Positions 24,982 to 37,600 of a DNA stretch of 64,000 nt are shown here, piece by piece. The stretch is from Zootoca vivipara (lineage: Eukaryota), in NCBI RefSeq assembly GCF_963506605.1, contig NC_083289.1, positions 28,086,001 through 28,150,000 on the forward strand, read 5' to 3'. Both the position numbers and the translations under genes were made by a program. The notes beneath the pieces were generated by a model. That model searched no databases. It was not told where the DNA came from and saw nothing but the letters and a program-made list of their open reading frames with translations. The first letter of the stretch is position 1, and each line of letters starts with the position of its first letter.

Positions 24982-27900
24982 ATGTCGGGCTCCAGCAGCG
25001 CCCTCATGAAGCAGCCCCCGATCCAGTCGACGGCGGGGGCCGTCCCCGTCCGCAACGAGAAGGGTGAGGCGTCCTGGGCCGGGGAGCGGGACATGGGGGG
25101 AATCTTCCGTATCCTGGACGATGGGGGGGGGGGAGAGAAGCAGCTGAACCTGAGCTCTTCTCCCTCCTGGGGCAGGGGGGCGAGGGGGGGCGCCCAGGGG
25201 CAGGCTCAGTTTCTCCCCTCCTGACCTCTTGCTCCACTTCCAGGGGAGATTTCGATGGAAAAGGTGAAAGTAAAACGCTACGTCTCGGGGAAGCGGCCAG
25301 ATTATGCCCCCATGGAGTCCTCGGACGAGGAGGACGAGGAGTTCCAGTTCATCAAGAAGGCCAAGGAGCAGGAGCTCGAACCAGAGGAGCAAGAGGAAGA
25401 GCTGGCCAGCGACCCCCGTTTGCGCCGCCTGCAGAACCGCATCTCAGAGGATGTGGAGGAGAGGTGAGGGGCAGCAGAAGGTTGAGGGTAGAGTTGCTTG
25501 GGAGGTTGCACTTGGCATGAAGTGGAAGAGGACAATCTGTGGGGGAAAGGCTGTGATAACCTGACATAGGAGGGGTGTTTTGTGAGCTGCATGCCATTTT
25601 GTCACATTAAAGGTGGGAGTTAGTATAATTAGAGCTTTATTTGATTCATGAAGCACCTGTCCAAATAGTACTCTTGTGTCACATTCCATACTGCTTTCCT
25701 TGATCTGCTTGTTTTATTTTCTTGGGTCTTATTTTGTGAGTATTACAATTATAAAAACCAGTAAAAAATATTACAAAAAGGTGGGTGTCTGTGTTCTAGG
25801 CTGGCAAGGCATCGTAAGATTGTGGAACCAGAAGTGATAGGGGAGAGTGACTCAGAAGTGGAAGGAGAGGCCTGGCTTGCAGAGAGAGAGGACACCAGTG
25901 AGGAGGAAGAGGAGGAGATTGACGATGAGGTACGAGCAGGCCTGAGGAGCCACATTTTCTGGTTACCCAGTCTTGGTGTTGGGTTCTGAATCTTGGGTTG
26001 AAATGTATGTAATTGGCCTGTATAATGTTTTTGTTTTGAAGTCTTTTAAGATAATATTTTAATTTCCTGTTAAAGCATTCCTGCTTTGTATGTATATTTT
26101 ATATTTGACATTTATTCTGAATGTTCTAATGTAGGTTGTAAACTGCTTTTGAGATTTTTTTTCTTTAAAAATTATAAAGCAGTATAGAAGTGAGATGATG
26201 ATTACAAGAGACTCATTGCTCTTCAAGGATATGGGCACTTTCCCCAGTTCTGCTTGGGAGATGCTGATGGGAACCATTGAGCTATGACCCTTTCCCAGAT
26301 ATGAACATATGAAAACTGCTTTATACTGTGTTGGCACATTGGTCCATCTAGCTCAGTAGATCTACACTGACTGGAAGCAGTTCTCCAGGGGTTTGGATAG
26401 GGGCCTCTCCCAGCCTTACTTGGAGATGTTGGGGGTTGAACCTGGGACCTGCATTTATGCAGATGCTGTACCACTGAGCTCTTCTTTCTTGATAGGAAAT
26501 TGAACGTCGCCGTTGCATGATGCGGCAGCGTGCACAGGAACGTAAGAATGAGGAGCTGGAAGTCATGGAGGTGGAAGATGAGGGCCGTTCTGGAGAGGAG
26601 TCCGAATCAGAGTCTGAGTATGAGGAGTACACAGATAGTGAGGATGAGACTGAGCCACGTCTGAAACCTGTCTTCATCCGCAAGCAAGTGCCATCAGTCC
26701 TGAGCAGGGAGGGGGGAGGCTGGTTTCTAAAACACAGTTGGTAGCTGAGCCTTCCTGTCAGAGCTTCCTGGCTTGGGCTACTTTCAGAGTTTCTTTCTGT
26801 TGACAACACATAAATGCAAGCCTATGGGGTGGGTGGGGTGCTTCTTAGGAGAAGGTTATGACAAGGGAGGCGATTGGTTCTAGTGAGCGGTCTGTTTGGC
26901 TTGGGGGATGGTTTGAGTTGATCTTCAATGTCTTCTGCAGGAAGGACAGAGTCACAGTCCAGGAGCGAGAGGCCGAAGCACTGAAACAGAAGGAACTGGA
27001 GCAGGAGGCCAAGCGAATGGCTGAGGAGAGGCGCAAGTACACCCTGAAGGTATTGTTAGGAAAGGCAGACACATGGGTTTCATGGTTAGAGGAGCCTGAG
27101 TACCCCAGGACACTCACTCTCTGTTAACTTACTGTAGATTGTTGAAGAAGAAACCAAGAAAGAGTTGGAGGAGAACAGGCGCTCCTTGGCAGCCCTCGAT
27201 GCTCTGGACACCGATGATGAGAATGATGAGGAAGAGTATGAGGCCTGGAAAGTGCGGGAGTTGAAGCGCATCAAGCGGGACCGAGAGGAGCGTGAGGCGT
27301 AAGTGAAATGGGATGTGGCACAGTCCATTTGAGAAGGGAGAGGTCTTCTGGGTTGCTCCAGTCAGGAAGAATAGGTTGCTTGGGTGTGGGTCTGATCTTG
27401 CTGATATCCATTCCCCAGCTGACAGAGTCTTATGCAGTGAGCAGAAAGTTGGGGAGTGGACATCACTAATTGAAGTGGAATGGATTTAGATCCACCCAGA
27501 CTCCTGGAAAGGGATGTTTACAGAGATCTCCTGTGCAGAATCTAAGTGTCTGGAGTGAAGGAGTATATGTTCTGCTCCACACAGGATAGAGAAAGAGAAG
27601 GCAGAAATTGAACGAGTGCGGAATCTGACTGAGGAGGAACGACGGGCTGAGCTCCGAGCGAACGGCAAGGTCATTACCAACAAGGCAGTGAAGGGCAAAT
27701 ACAAGTTCCTGCAGAAGTACTACCATCGGGGGGCCTTCTTCATGGTGAGTTCCCTGTCATTGAATACACAGCAAGAACTCAAATGTGCACTGGAATGGAA
27801 AGGAGGCTGCTATCCAGGATATAGCCGCCACGGGGAGAGGGGGGCTGAATTCCATCACTTCTCTCAAGCAGTCCCTGAACAAGTGTGTTCTTTTCTGTTT

Positions 27901-28463
27901 AGGCTATACTATGCAGGCCTTTTCTCCCAAGGCCAGCCTAGGGATGCTTGGTAGAATAAGGGTGAAGAGGCTGCTGTGAGCAAACATGTCTCTACTTACC
28001 TGCTGTGCTCTTTGTTCTCTAGGATGAAGATGAGGATGTATACAAGAGGGACTTCAGTGCTCCAACTCTGGAGGACCACTTCAACAAGACCATCTTACCC
28101 AAAGTCATGCAGGTACATGAGGAGAAGGAGGGGGCTCTGTTGTTTGGGCTTGGAGCCCCAACTAGCTTTGGCTTGCTGATGTTATATGCATGTGCCCCCT
28201 CCAACCAGAATTCCAGAAAGGTTGAAGTAAAGTGAATTCTTTTTGAAGCTTCTCCATTTCTTAAACTCTTTCCTCTGCAGGTGAAGAACTTTGGGCGCTC
28301 TGGACGAACAAAGTACACCCACTTGGTAGACCAAGATACAACCTCTTTTGACTCTGCATGGGGGCAGGAGAGTGCACAGAACACCAAGTTCTTCAAGCAG
28401 AAGGCAGCTGGTGTGAGGGATGTCTTTGAGAGACCCTCTGCCAAGAAGCGGAAGGTTACCTGA
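24982..28463 (+). CDS. MFAP1: Microfibrillar-associated protein 1 (spliceosomal B-complex protein), 440 aa
   Basis: Exons 24982-25063, 25244-25463, 25800-25929, 26496-26683, 26941-27049, 27138-27298, 27585-27744, 28023-28112, 28281-28463 total 1323 nt in an open frame. Motifs [77 protein letters not shown] at ~28768. Confidence 0.98.
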
Positions 28464-29765
28464 GTCATCAAGAATAATTTGGGGCACTGTTAAGATCTTG
28501 CTGGATCAGTTTTGCCCTGTTTCTATGACATGGGACTATAGATCATCAAAGGCCTGGACCCACTTTTTCTGTCATCTTTGGATGGAGGATTTGACCCATA
28601 ACCATAGCCCATTTTTAAGGAGTTTGCACCAGCTTGGCAGACTCATCATTGCCCTTGAAGTACACCAGCTCCCTCTACAGCCCTGTTTTTAGTTTTGGGA
28701 GGCATTTTCCAATTGTAAATATTTCTTGTTCTCTCTAGAGGGGAGAGAAAAGCAAGGTGACACCTGTATTAAATGTATTTCTTACCAAGTTGCTGTTGTG
28801 GTAATGTTCTAACAAGTAGGGACCCTATTGTGGCAGACTCTAATGATGCTCTAATAAGATAGTTAGACCCACTTTTAGTAGAAAGGGGGCTTGGCAGTGC
28901 TGTGTGAGAAACACATTTTGGAACCTCTCTGGCTTGTGGGCAGAATTAGGCCCATGAGACTGTTTTCCCCCAACCACACTCACAGGACATCGGGTGCGGG
29001 ATGTAAAAGCTATGAAAGCATAAACAGGAGCTTCAAGTTGTTCCTTGTAGGTGCAGCTTCCGTTTGGTGCTGTTTAAATTGGCAACAACTGGATATGGCC
29101 CAGCACCCCAGTGTGCAAGATGTAAGTTTTGAAATCATCTAGGTTTAGTTTCCTGGAAGATTTCAAAACTGACCTCATGTTCCCACAAACCTCTTCATTT
29201 TTCTGAGTCCCATCTAAAGGATTGCCGATAGTAGCTTAGGAAAATTCCAGTACTGGTTGACTCAAAAATAATGGCTATGGGGAATTAAGGGCCCACAGTA
29301 TAGTTTACAATGCAACTCTGTCTACCCAAACTGGAAAGGGGGGGGAAGCTGCCCACTGGTTGATTTCTCTTCCTGTCTCCTCCGCATCACTCCACTGTTT
29401 CTCCTTGTCTGGGAAAGAACACCCAATGGCTTTAAAAGTCTGGATTTTATATTGAATTCTTCAAGTTGTTGTTTTAATGAAACAAAAGGATCCCTGAATG
29501 AAAATAGGGCACCAGTTTACCACCACGAGTCCTTCAGTCAGCTATCTGAGAACCACCCTGGGATCTTCGGATGAAGGGCAATATACAAATTTAATAAATG
29601 ACAATAATAAATATCTTATAAACCACATTAACAGCAACTTCAAAAAAATTGGAATATTTATTCCAGCAGCTTTAAAAGATCATATGCAAAGAACCTGTGC
29701 AGAACAGGCCAAAGAGAGGCTATCTCCTTCCCTTGCTCCTCAAAAGTCCATCTAGCAGGTGGCCC

Positions 29766-32700
29766 TCAGTTGGTGAGGGTAATCAGTGCTTCCACCACGT
29801 TCCCCATGTGTTCTCGCAAGCTGCGTTCTGCTGCTGCCCTGGATATTTCCATCTCGTTCATCTGTAAGGAAAAGAAGATTCTTCACCAAGAGGTGACAAC
29901 TAAAATGGCCTGTAGTGACATCAGAAAGCAGCCTCTGTCAATGCTGAGCCACCACCCAAGCTGTCCAATCAACATTGTGCTAGACTCACAATCAACTCCA
30001 AATCTTCTTTCTTGATTGTGACTTTGGCCAGTTCTTTTTCCCTGAAATGGAAGGAAGGAAAGAGGAATTAAGACTCTCTTATCCTGCTCCACTCTCTAGT
30101 AATGAAATGCAGACCTTACTGCCACCCTGTCCCCACTCCAAGAACTACACATAATAAAAACACAGCTCTGGCTGTCTGCAACCAAGCACCACTTCCCCCC
30201 ATTAATGTCAAGTGCAGCAAAACCAGCCTAACCCCTAAACAGTTTTAGAATATGGAAATGTGTCCTTAAACAGCAGTTTAGCATGTAGACACCATTCCAC
30301 TGTGGTGTGTTCATCAAGACACTGCTACCTCCAAGCTTGGTCATGGTTTTTAATGTTTTAATTCTGTAACCTACCCTAGGAACTTCAGGTGAAGGGTCGA
30401 TAATAAATAAATTAGCAATAATAGTATGCATGCACATCTGGCACTGAATTATGTTTACACATTGTGTGTCACCTCTACAGTTCTGCTAGAAGCAAACAAG
30501 TCTGCTCTCCCTTAGCAGGAGATGAAAACAGGGCACTCACCGCTCCTGCTTTGCTTTCTGCTCTCTGGATCTTCGGTCTCCAATCACTGACATCGCCTAA
30601 ACAAGAGAAAGCAAATTAAACACCCACCCTTGGACTTTAATATTAATAGCCAGACCCAAATCTTGTACCTTAAAGAGCAACCAAATTATCTCACAGTATG
30701 AGCTTTTATGTAACACAAGTATAGAGGGGGGGAAACAGCCAGATGGCAGTGAAATTCAAAAAGTGTTGTCAAATGGCAACGAAGTACAGTTTACTTAACT
30801 GAGTACACTTAATTGGGGTGATGGTAGGCCTAGATGACGTATTGCCCGGGACTGGTTTGAAGGCCAGAATGCAATGACGCCTTCACCTGGCAGTATATCA
30901 ATGTTTGGTTGGTGATACATTGCAATATTGGAAAGCTTATCTCTCCCAGCCCTAGATGATGGAGCCCAAATCATTCTAGGTAGTCAAAATCAAGCAGACT
31001 ATAATGAGATTCAGTGCATGTCAATTCACAATTACACATTTTCAGGTAGAAGTCTGGCTGTGAACTACCCTGAAAATTAGGCTTCCTGTCACTGAAAAGA
31101 CCTTGTGCTTCTGATCACTGAACCGCTGCTCTTGAGGTATATAAAGAGAAATTGGTGCAGGGAGTTTCTAAGCTCAATGTGCACCTGAAAAACACAAGTC
31201 TCAAAGTTATGCAAGTTCCTTGTGGGAGAAATTTCCACACCTAGACAATGTGGGTAATCTACAATGCAAATCTGAATTGTATTTTTTTAATGTTGACTGC
31301 AAGGAATGTTAGGGGTTGAACCAGATGGTTCAGATAATAATTTGCTGATGCATCAATTCCTTTTACACACCACAAGTACTGTGACAAGGCAGTCACAAGT
31401 ACTGATTCACAAATAAAGCACGGGGGGGGTACTTTTAATCATTTATATTAAAATATTTTTCAAACCAGCTTACAAGAAGTAGTACAACAAAATACCAGTT
31501 AAAAATAGTGTGAGAAGTATAAGCAACAACAGCACTGAAGCAAGCAAAAGAAACTTCAAAACAGCAGGGATCAAATCAAAAAGTCCTTCCAGATTAAAAT
31601 GACTATCCTTAAAAATGTTAAGGGAAAGGGTCTGGATCTCCCTAGGTCAGTGGTTCCCAACAGGTGGTCCGGGGACCCCCAGGGGTCCGCGAGCTATGCC
31701 AGAGGGGTCCTCAAGATCCTATTAGAATAAAAAATATATTAAATATATTTCGTATGATAACAGATTTTTTGTTTTGGTCGCTTCCTGCATGAGCAGAGTC
31801 TAGCGCAAAACTAGAATTAGATAGAGGCAGTAGTTCTGCTGTATGCCGCAAGGGCTACAAGAAACTTGGAGATAAGGCAATGAAAAAGATCCTTCCATTT
31901 GCAACCACATATCGGTGTGAGCAAGCATTTTCTTCCATGGGTTTCATGAAAAACAAATATAGGAATCGGCTCGACATGCGGTCGGATTTCGGAGTGAAAG
32001 TTTCAAGTTTGGAACCTAATATTTCAGAAATAATGGACTCAAAGGACAGATTTAACTCATCTCATCAAGAACTGAAAATTAAAACTAACTGTATACTGAT
32101 GGAGTACTCTGTTGTAACTGTAAAAAACGTATAAATATAAAATATAGAAAGCCTCTTAATTTGGCTCTCACTTTTTAATTTTAGGATTAGGAATTAATGG
32201 GGGTCCTTGTCACAATAGCGGCTCGATGAGGGGTCCTCGAGAAAATTTTGTTGGGAACCCCTGCCCTAGGTAGAGAATTTTACAGCTATGGTGCCACCAT
32301 CAGGAAGCACAAGTGTTTCTCCTTCCCGTTTCTCTTTGCAACAGCCTGATGGAATGGCAGCTGCTACATGGCAGATGCAGGAAACAAGGCCCTTCCATCC
32401 TCTCTGGTAAGAGACCAGTGCCATTTACCTCTTTCTCTCCATCCCTGCTGATCATTATGAGTACAGTACTACTACCGGTATGTAGAATTAGTGCCTACTT
32501 GTCTTCTTGCTTAACTTTACTCCTGTTTGCAATGTGCCTCTTAGACTAAACCTGCTGGCAAGGATATCCAACTGAATAACTGGGGCGGGGAGTCTCTTGT
32601 CTTAAACCTTGGGCAGGCTCACAGAAGTGAAAGCAGCCCTTAAGAACAGAAGTAGGGAAAAACTATTTTCTCTGGTGGGCCAAATAAAAAAAATGGCCAC

Positions 32701-33377
32701 ACACACCCCAGGGTCTGCCTACCTGTCAATCACATTATGCCAAGCATATGACATCGGGTGGATCTGAACCTGCCAGGAAACTGCAATGCCCTCTTACAGA
32801 TGCGATGGAAGGGAAGGCCCGCACAAGACTGGTATGAGGCGTTTTGCTGTCTGAGGACGCGAAACAATGGGCGCCCACCCAGAGCACCTCGGGAAGGCCA
32901 AATAGTTCCAGCCCCAAAGACGAAGGACCCCGCAAGCAAACATCCCCAAACCGGCAGTAAGAGAGAAGTAGCAGCAGCAGCAGCAGCAAGGCGGCAGGGC
33001 AAGCGATGCTTCACACGGGCGTCCAGCCACACTTGCAGGGGCCTCGGGCAGCCTCCACACGTGCAGGGCTCCCCATTCCCACGTACGGCGCTGGGGCTCC
33101 AAGGGGCCCTTCGGCAGCGGTCCAGTCCAGCCGGCTCCGCCCCGCCCGCGGTCACCATGACAACCAGAGCCCCCCAACGCGGCCAAACGCATGCGCTCAT
33201 CACCGTTTCCAAGTTGGAGCTCTGGATCTCTTTCTCCTCCGCATAGTCCGTGACGCGCTCGAGGTCGGCCGCTCCGCTGTCGTGCTTCCGCGGCTTCTCG
33301 GCAGGTCGCTCTCCGGTGCCTGCCGAGCCATTGGGCTCCGCTTCTAACTCCAGCTCTACATCCCCTTCAGCCGCCAT
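29766..33377 (-). CDS. HYPK: Huntingtin-interacting protein K (NatA-associated chaperone), 125 aa
   Basis: Exons 33377-33204 (..KPRKHDSGAADLERVTDYAEEKEIQSSNLET), 30596-30541 (AMSVIGDRRSREQKAKQER), 30041-29990 (EKELAKVTIKKEDLELI), 29861-29766 (MNEMEISRAAAERSLREHMGNVVEALITLTN*) total 378 nt. AATAAA on the minus strand at ~29657-29662. Confidence 0.98.
30825..30954. mobile_element. Older hAT MITE in HYPK intron 1
   Basis: Degenerate tagg.. / ..cagcccta termini; TSD ggtgatgg/gatgatgg (7/8). Confidence 0.5.
31648..32263 (+). mobile_element. Internally deleted hAT (Charlie/Buster-type) transposon retaining the transposase C-terminus
   Basis: TIRs cagtggttcccaac / gttgggaacccctg; perfect 8-bp TSD ccctaggt. 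ORF 31880-32134 (ILPFATTYRCEQAFS..KNKYRNRLD) resembles the hATC dimerisation motif of Charlie/ZBED5/ZBED8-like transposases. Confidence 0.92.
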
Positions 33378-33650
33378 CGCTCCGTCTGCCTTCCCCTCTC
33401 GTCACGTGGTAAGGCGCGCTTCCGGAAGCTGCGGGAAAAGGAGAAAGCGGCACTAATATAGAGATCAGCGCAAGAGCCTAGAGCGCCGATGCCCTGCGCC
33501 ACCATAGAGAGTGGAATGTAGACTGGCAAGCCAAACATCTGCAGGTGGAGCTTCCAGGTTCTTTTTGACCTTCCTGCCCCCACCCGATAGAGCAAGCACT
33601 ATAGAAACCTAGCAGTTATAAATAGGCGTGGTGGGCGGAGGAGAGAAAAC
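33378..33650 (-). promoter_or_regulatory. HYPK promoter
   Basis: E-box GTCACGTG (~33402-33409), palindromic ETS cttccggaag (~33419-33428) and a GC box (~33632) just upstream of the ATG, in CpG-rich sequence. Confidence 0.55.
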
Positions 33651-35776
33651 AGAATGAGAGCAACAAAAGCAAAGGGCTCTACTCCTTTGTAGTTCTCATA
33701 GGAAAAATATGGCTTTTAAAAGATTTTCAAACACTAAAAAGTACCATGTCAATGCAGCCCATTGTCTCTTTATTGTGTGGGAAACCGTGGCTGAGGAAGC
33801 TACTGAATGACATTCCTGCAGTGTAGACCACTGCAATGTATGCTGCAGATTAGAGATGGAGACAGATTGAAGGTATTGAACAACAACCCTGCAAGGTAGT
33901 TCAGAATTATTTGTTCATTATTATTATTATTATTATTATTATCCAGTCTCTTGGTGGGTTTTATTTAAAGGAAATGTGGATTGAGCAACTGTGGAATTGA
34001 TCACAGGAATGGCCCTGAGGGAAAGGGTGAAACACTGTTCCCACATTTTTGCAACAAAATCCTTCCCACTTCCTATATTTTATCTTGCAAGGAGAAAGCA
34101 ACTGTGAGAGTGATTTTGATAGCAAAACAGAGGTGGAGGAGAGAAAGCCTTCACCCCTGGCTCCCCTGGGATTATGTTTGCATATCTTCTCTGACTTTGT
34201 CTCCTTAAACAAATACGTGCTTTCTTTTAGCACTGCATTAATGACCGCTTCCCCCTTTGCACCTTGTTTCCCCCCACCCCCAATATCCCCTGAGATTGGA
34301 GAATAGGTCAAGCTACAGTAGTTCATTGACCCTCCGCTTCGCAGCCCAAATCCAGAAGCCAACTGTATGCTATTCATCCAATGGACATTTGAGTTATTTG
34401 CTTACAAACTAAAGCTAAAATAAACAGCACCCCATTTACTGGAAACAAGACTGAAAGAGCAAAGAAGTACCTCCATTTTCTGGGAAGGGGACACAAACAC
34501 TGCTGCCCAGTCCTAGCTATTATAAAAGCCTGGATTTTTGTATTGCTGCTCACATTTTTGTTCAGGGCCCCCCAAAAGAAACAGTCAGCCTTCAACCCTG
34601 AATCTGAACAACTTGCATCAGTCTAAATGTTTGGGCCAGGTATTTCTATACACCAGTTACGGCAGGCGGCAGGCATGGAGATAAGCTGCCACAGACTGCC
34701 AAACACAACGTTAAGAAAAAGCGTCTTGTGCCACCTTAAAAATTAACCAGTGTAAGCCTTTGTGGGCCTACGGGTCATGTCATCAGTGTTGTCCTGAGTT
34801 ATCCTGGAAGGGCAGGCAAGTTGGTGGAATTGTAAACACTGAGGTCAAAAGGAAAAGCAGAAAAGCACAGGTGGTGGGCCTCTTGTGGATGTGGACTGAA
34901 AGTCCATCTAGTCTAGAATCCTGTTCTCACAGTGACCAACCAGATGTCCCTATAGGAAGCCTACAAGCAGGGCCAGAGTGCAATAACACTCGTGATTCCT
35001 ATGAACTGGCATTCAGAGGCATATAAGAGAGTACAGGTAGAACACAACTACTGTGGCTAGTAGCCACTGGTAGCTTTTTCCTTCTTTAAATTATCTAATA
35101 ATTTCATTTTAAAGCTATCCACATTGGTGGCCATCATTACATATTGTGGTAGCAAATACCATCATTAAACTATGGTGAGAAGTGCTTCTCTTCATCTCTC
35201 CTGAATCTCCCACCATCCAGTTCCATTGGACGGGCCCCAGTGAGCTCTTAGTATTACGAGAGAGGGAGAAAAATACTTATTTATCTGCTTTCTTCGCAGG
35301 ACAGCAGACCTGGAAAGAATAAGAGGCAGAGTGTGGGTAAGGTGGGGTGTGCCTAATGTCACAGGCGAGGCGGTGTTTGTTAGGCGGAGGGAATTATTAT
35401 GCCATAGCAGAGAGCTCAGAGATCAGGCAGTTCATGGGGAAGGAAAGGTTTTAAGGGTGTGGCAGTGGCTGGGTGAGGACAGATCCCAGGGGAAAGCAGG
35501 CTGAGCCTTTCAGTGGACCTGGGGCCTCTCCATAGCACATGGGGAGGGCACAGGAAGGGAGTCAGATACCCACCCACACTTCCTTGCAACAGCTAGGGTG
35601 TGGAAATCATTCTCTAGGACTGGATAAGCAGGATGGTAGAGCAATTGTCATTCTTGTGGCCTCCCCACCTTGTTTCACAGGGATTAGACATCTGGCAAAT
35701 CCCCAAATGTCAGATTCTCACCTGTTTGTCTTCAAGGCGACGCAAGCTTGTTTGTTGCTCTAGAGTTGTTCATATC

Positions 35777-36249
35777 TATCAGGGGATTGTTGCGGCTACT
35801 CTCGAGTAAAGACGCTCCAGTCCGATCTGTCTTTTAAGGTTTTATTGTGCATACTATTTACAGTGCAGAGATAGCAGAAAACATGACCTCCTAGTCACTA
35901 GCAGAATCCGGCAATGGTGCCCTTCTGCTTCGGGGCCAGCATAATAGCTTGGGGACCCCGAAACGCTGCCCCCTAAACCTGCGCTTGGACGCGCGCCTCA
36001 ATTTGGGTGCCGGAAGCAGCTGCGCTCCCTCTTCCACCTGTTGGCTAGGGCAGTGCAGGGGCTCTGATACATCACCGAGCCCTCCTTCCTCCACTAGATG
36101 GCTGGGGCGGTGCAAGGGCTCGGATGCCTCACTGAGCCCTCCCTCCATTCCGCTCCATTCCTCATTCCCCCCACCTGACCCGCTGCTACTGCTGTCGCTG
36201 GTCGTAGTGCTGTTCAGGATGATAGGGCCTGCAGGGAGTCCCCCTGACA
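35777..36249 (-). mobile_element. Solo LTR (Gypsy/ERV-type), 473 bp
   Basis: Inverted termini t(a)tcagggg / cccctgaca; 5-bp TSD atatc on both sides; minus-strand AATAAA at 35841-35846; internal ~57-bp tandem repeat (36029-36142); CpGs retained. Confidence 0.8.
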
Positions 36250-36364
36250 ATATCATTAATTATTATATTTATTTATATCGCGCATTCGCCCCCAACCAGG
36301 ATTCAAGGTGACTTGCACAAATTAATACAACACAGATAAAATACAGAAAGCTAAAAACATATAA

Positions 36365-36512
36365 GCTGTGATTGCTTAGTTGGTTAGAGTTTGGTGTGGA
36401 TAATGCCAGGGTTGCAGGTTTGATCCTTGTATGGGACAGCTGGATATTCCTGGATTGCAGGGGTTGGTACAAGATAATCCTCATGGTCCCTTCCAACTAT
36501 ACCATTCTATGA
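36365..36512 (+). mobile_element. tRNA-derived SINE with CR1-type tail
   Basis: A/B-box-like head (gcttagttggttagag ... gcaggtttgatcc) followed by ggtcccttccaactataccattctatgat. Confidence 0.7.
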
Positions 36513-36559
36513 TCATTAAAAAGCAACTAAACTCCAGTAGAGGTAAAACAATATAAAGA

Positions 36560-37600
36560 ACAAAGCTATTTTAAAAAGCAGTAAAAATAAACAGCAGTAT
36601 TAAGAGACCTTTCCTTCAAAACACCCACGAAACAAGTCAGTTCCCCAAGGCCTGTCGGAATAAAACAGTCTTCACCTGCTGGCAAAGGACAAGGTGGGAG
36701 CCATTCTGGCTTCTCTAGGAAGTTCATGGGAGCAGCCATCAAGACGGCCCTGCATTGCCACAAACTTCGTATGCCTGTGAGGTTGGCAGGACTGATAGAA
36801 GGGTCTTCTCTGAAGATCTCGGAGCGCAGGCAGGTTTGTATGGAAGAATATGGTCTTTCAGAAAGGGCTTTATTGGTCACAACCAACACTTTGAATTGTG
36901 CCTGGAAACAAACTGGTAGCCAGCGGAGCTGTTGCAACAAGGGAGTCATATGGTTCCTATAACCTGCCCCAGTCAACAGTCTAGCTCAGGGGTCAGCAAA
37001 CCTTTTCAGCAGGGGGCCGGTTCACTGTCCCTCAGACCTTGTGGGGGGCCGGACTATATTTTTTGGGGGAAATGAATGAATTCCTATGCTCCACAAATAA
37101 CCCAGAGTTGCATTTTAAGTAAAAGGACACATTCTACTCATGTAAAACCGGCTGATTCCTGGACCGTCCGTGGGCCAGATTTAGAAGGCGATTAGGCCGG
37201 ATCCGGCCCCCGGGCCTTAGTTTGCCTACCCACGGTCTAGCTCAGAGGTCAGCAACCTTTTTCAGCTGTGGGCTGATCCACTGTCCCTCAGACCATATGG
37301 TGGGCCGGACTATATTTTTTTTTGGGGGGGGGGAATAATGAACGAATTCCTATGCCCTACTATTAACCCAGAGATGCATTTAAATAAAAGCACACATTCT
37401 ACTCATGTAAAAACACGCTGATTCCTGGACCGTCCACAGGCCGGATTGAGAAGGCGATTGGGCTGCATCCGGCCCATGGGCCTTAGGTTGCCTACCCCTG
37501 GTCTAGCTTCACCTTTTTGGACCAGTTGAAGTTTATGGGCACTTTTCAAAGGCAGCCCCACACAGAGTACGTTAACAGTAATCCACACAGGATGCAACTA
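36560..37600 (-). mobile_element. L2 LINE 3' fragment interrupted by two MITEs
   Basis: L2 RT C-terminal peptides GLPLKSAHKLQLVQ..AR and H.TPLLQQLRWLPVCFQAQFKVLVVT.KAL join up once the MITEs are removed. Confidence 0.8.
36987..37500. mobile_element. Two related hAT MITEs in tandem (36987-37234 and 37243-37500)
   Basis: Each has cagNggtcagcaa.. / ..ttgcctaccc termini; the 8-mer gtctagct occurs three times (36979, 37235, 37501). Confidence 0.92.

Noticed and set aside
32730-33203. 215-aa extended HYPK ORF
   Set aside because: Only the first 58 codons are HYPK; the rest is read-through into intron 1 past a good donor.
35891-36256. 121-aa ORF with a repeated SEPLH motif
   Set aside because: It lies within the solo LTR and reflects its 57-bp tandem repeat.
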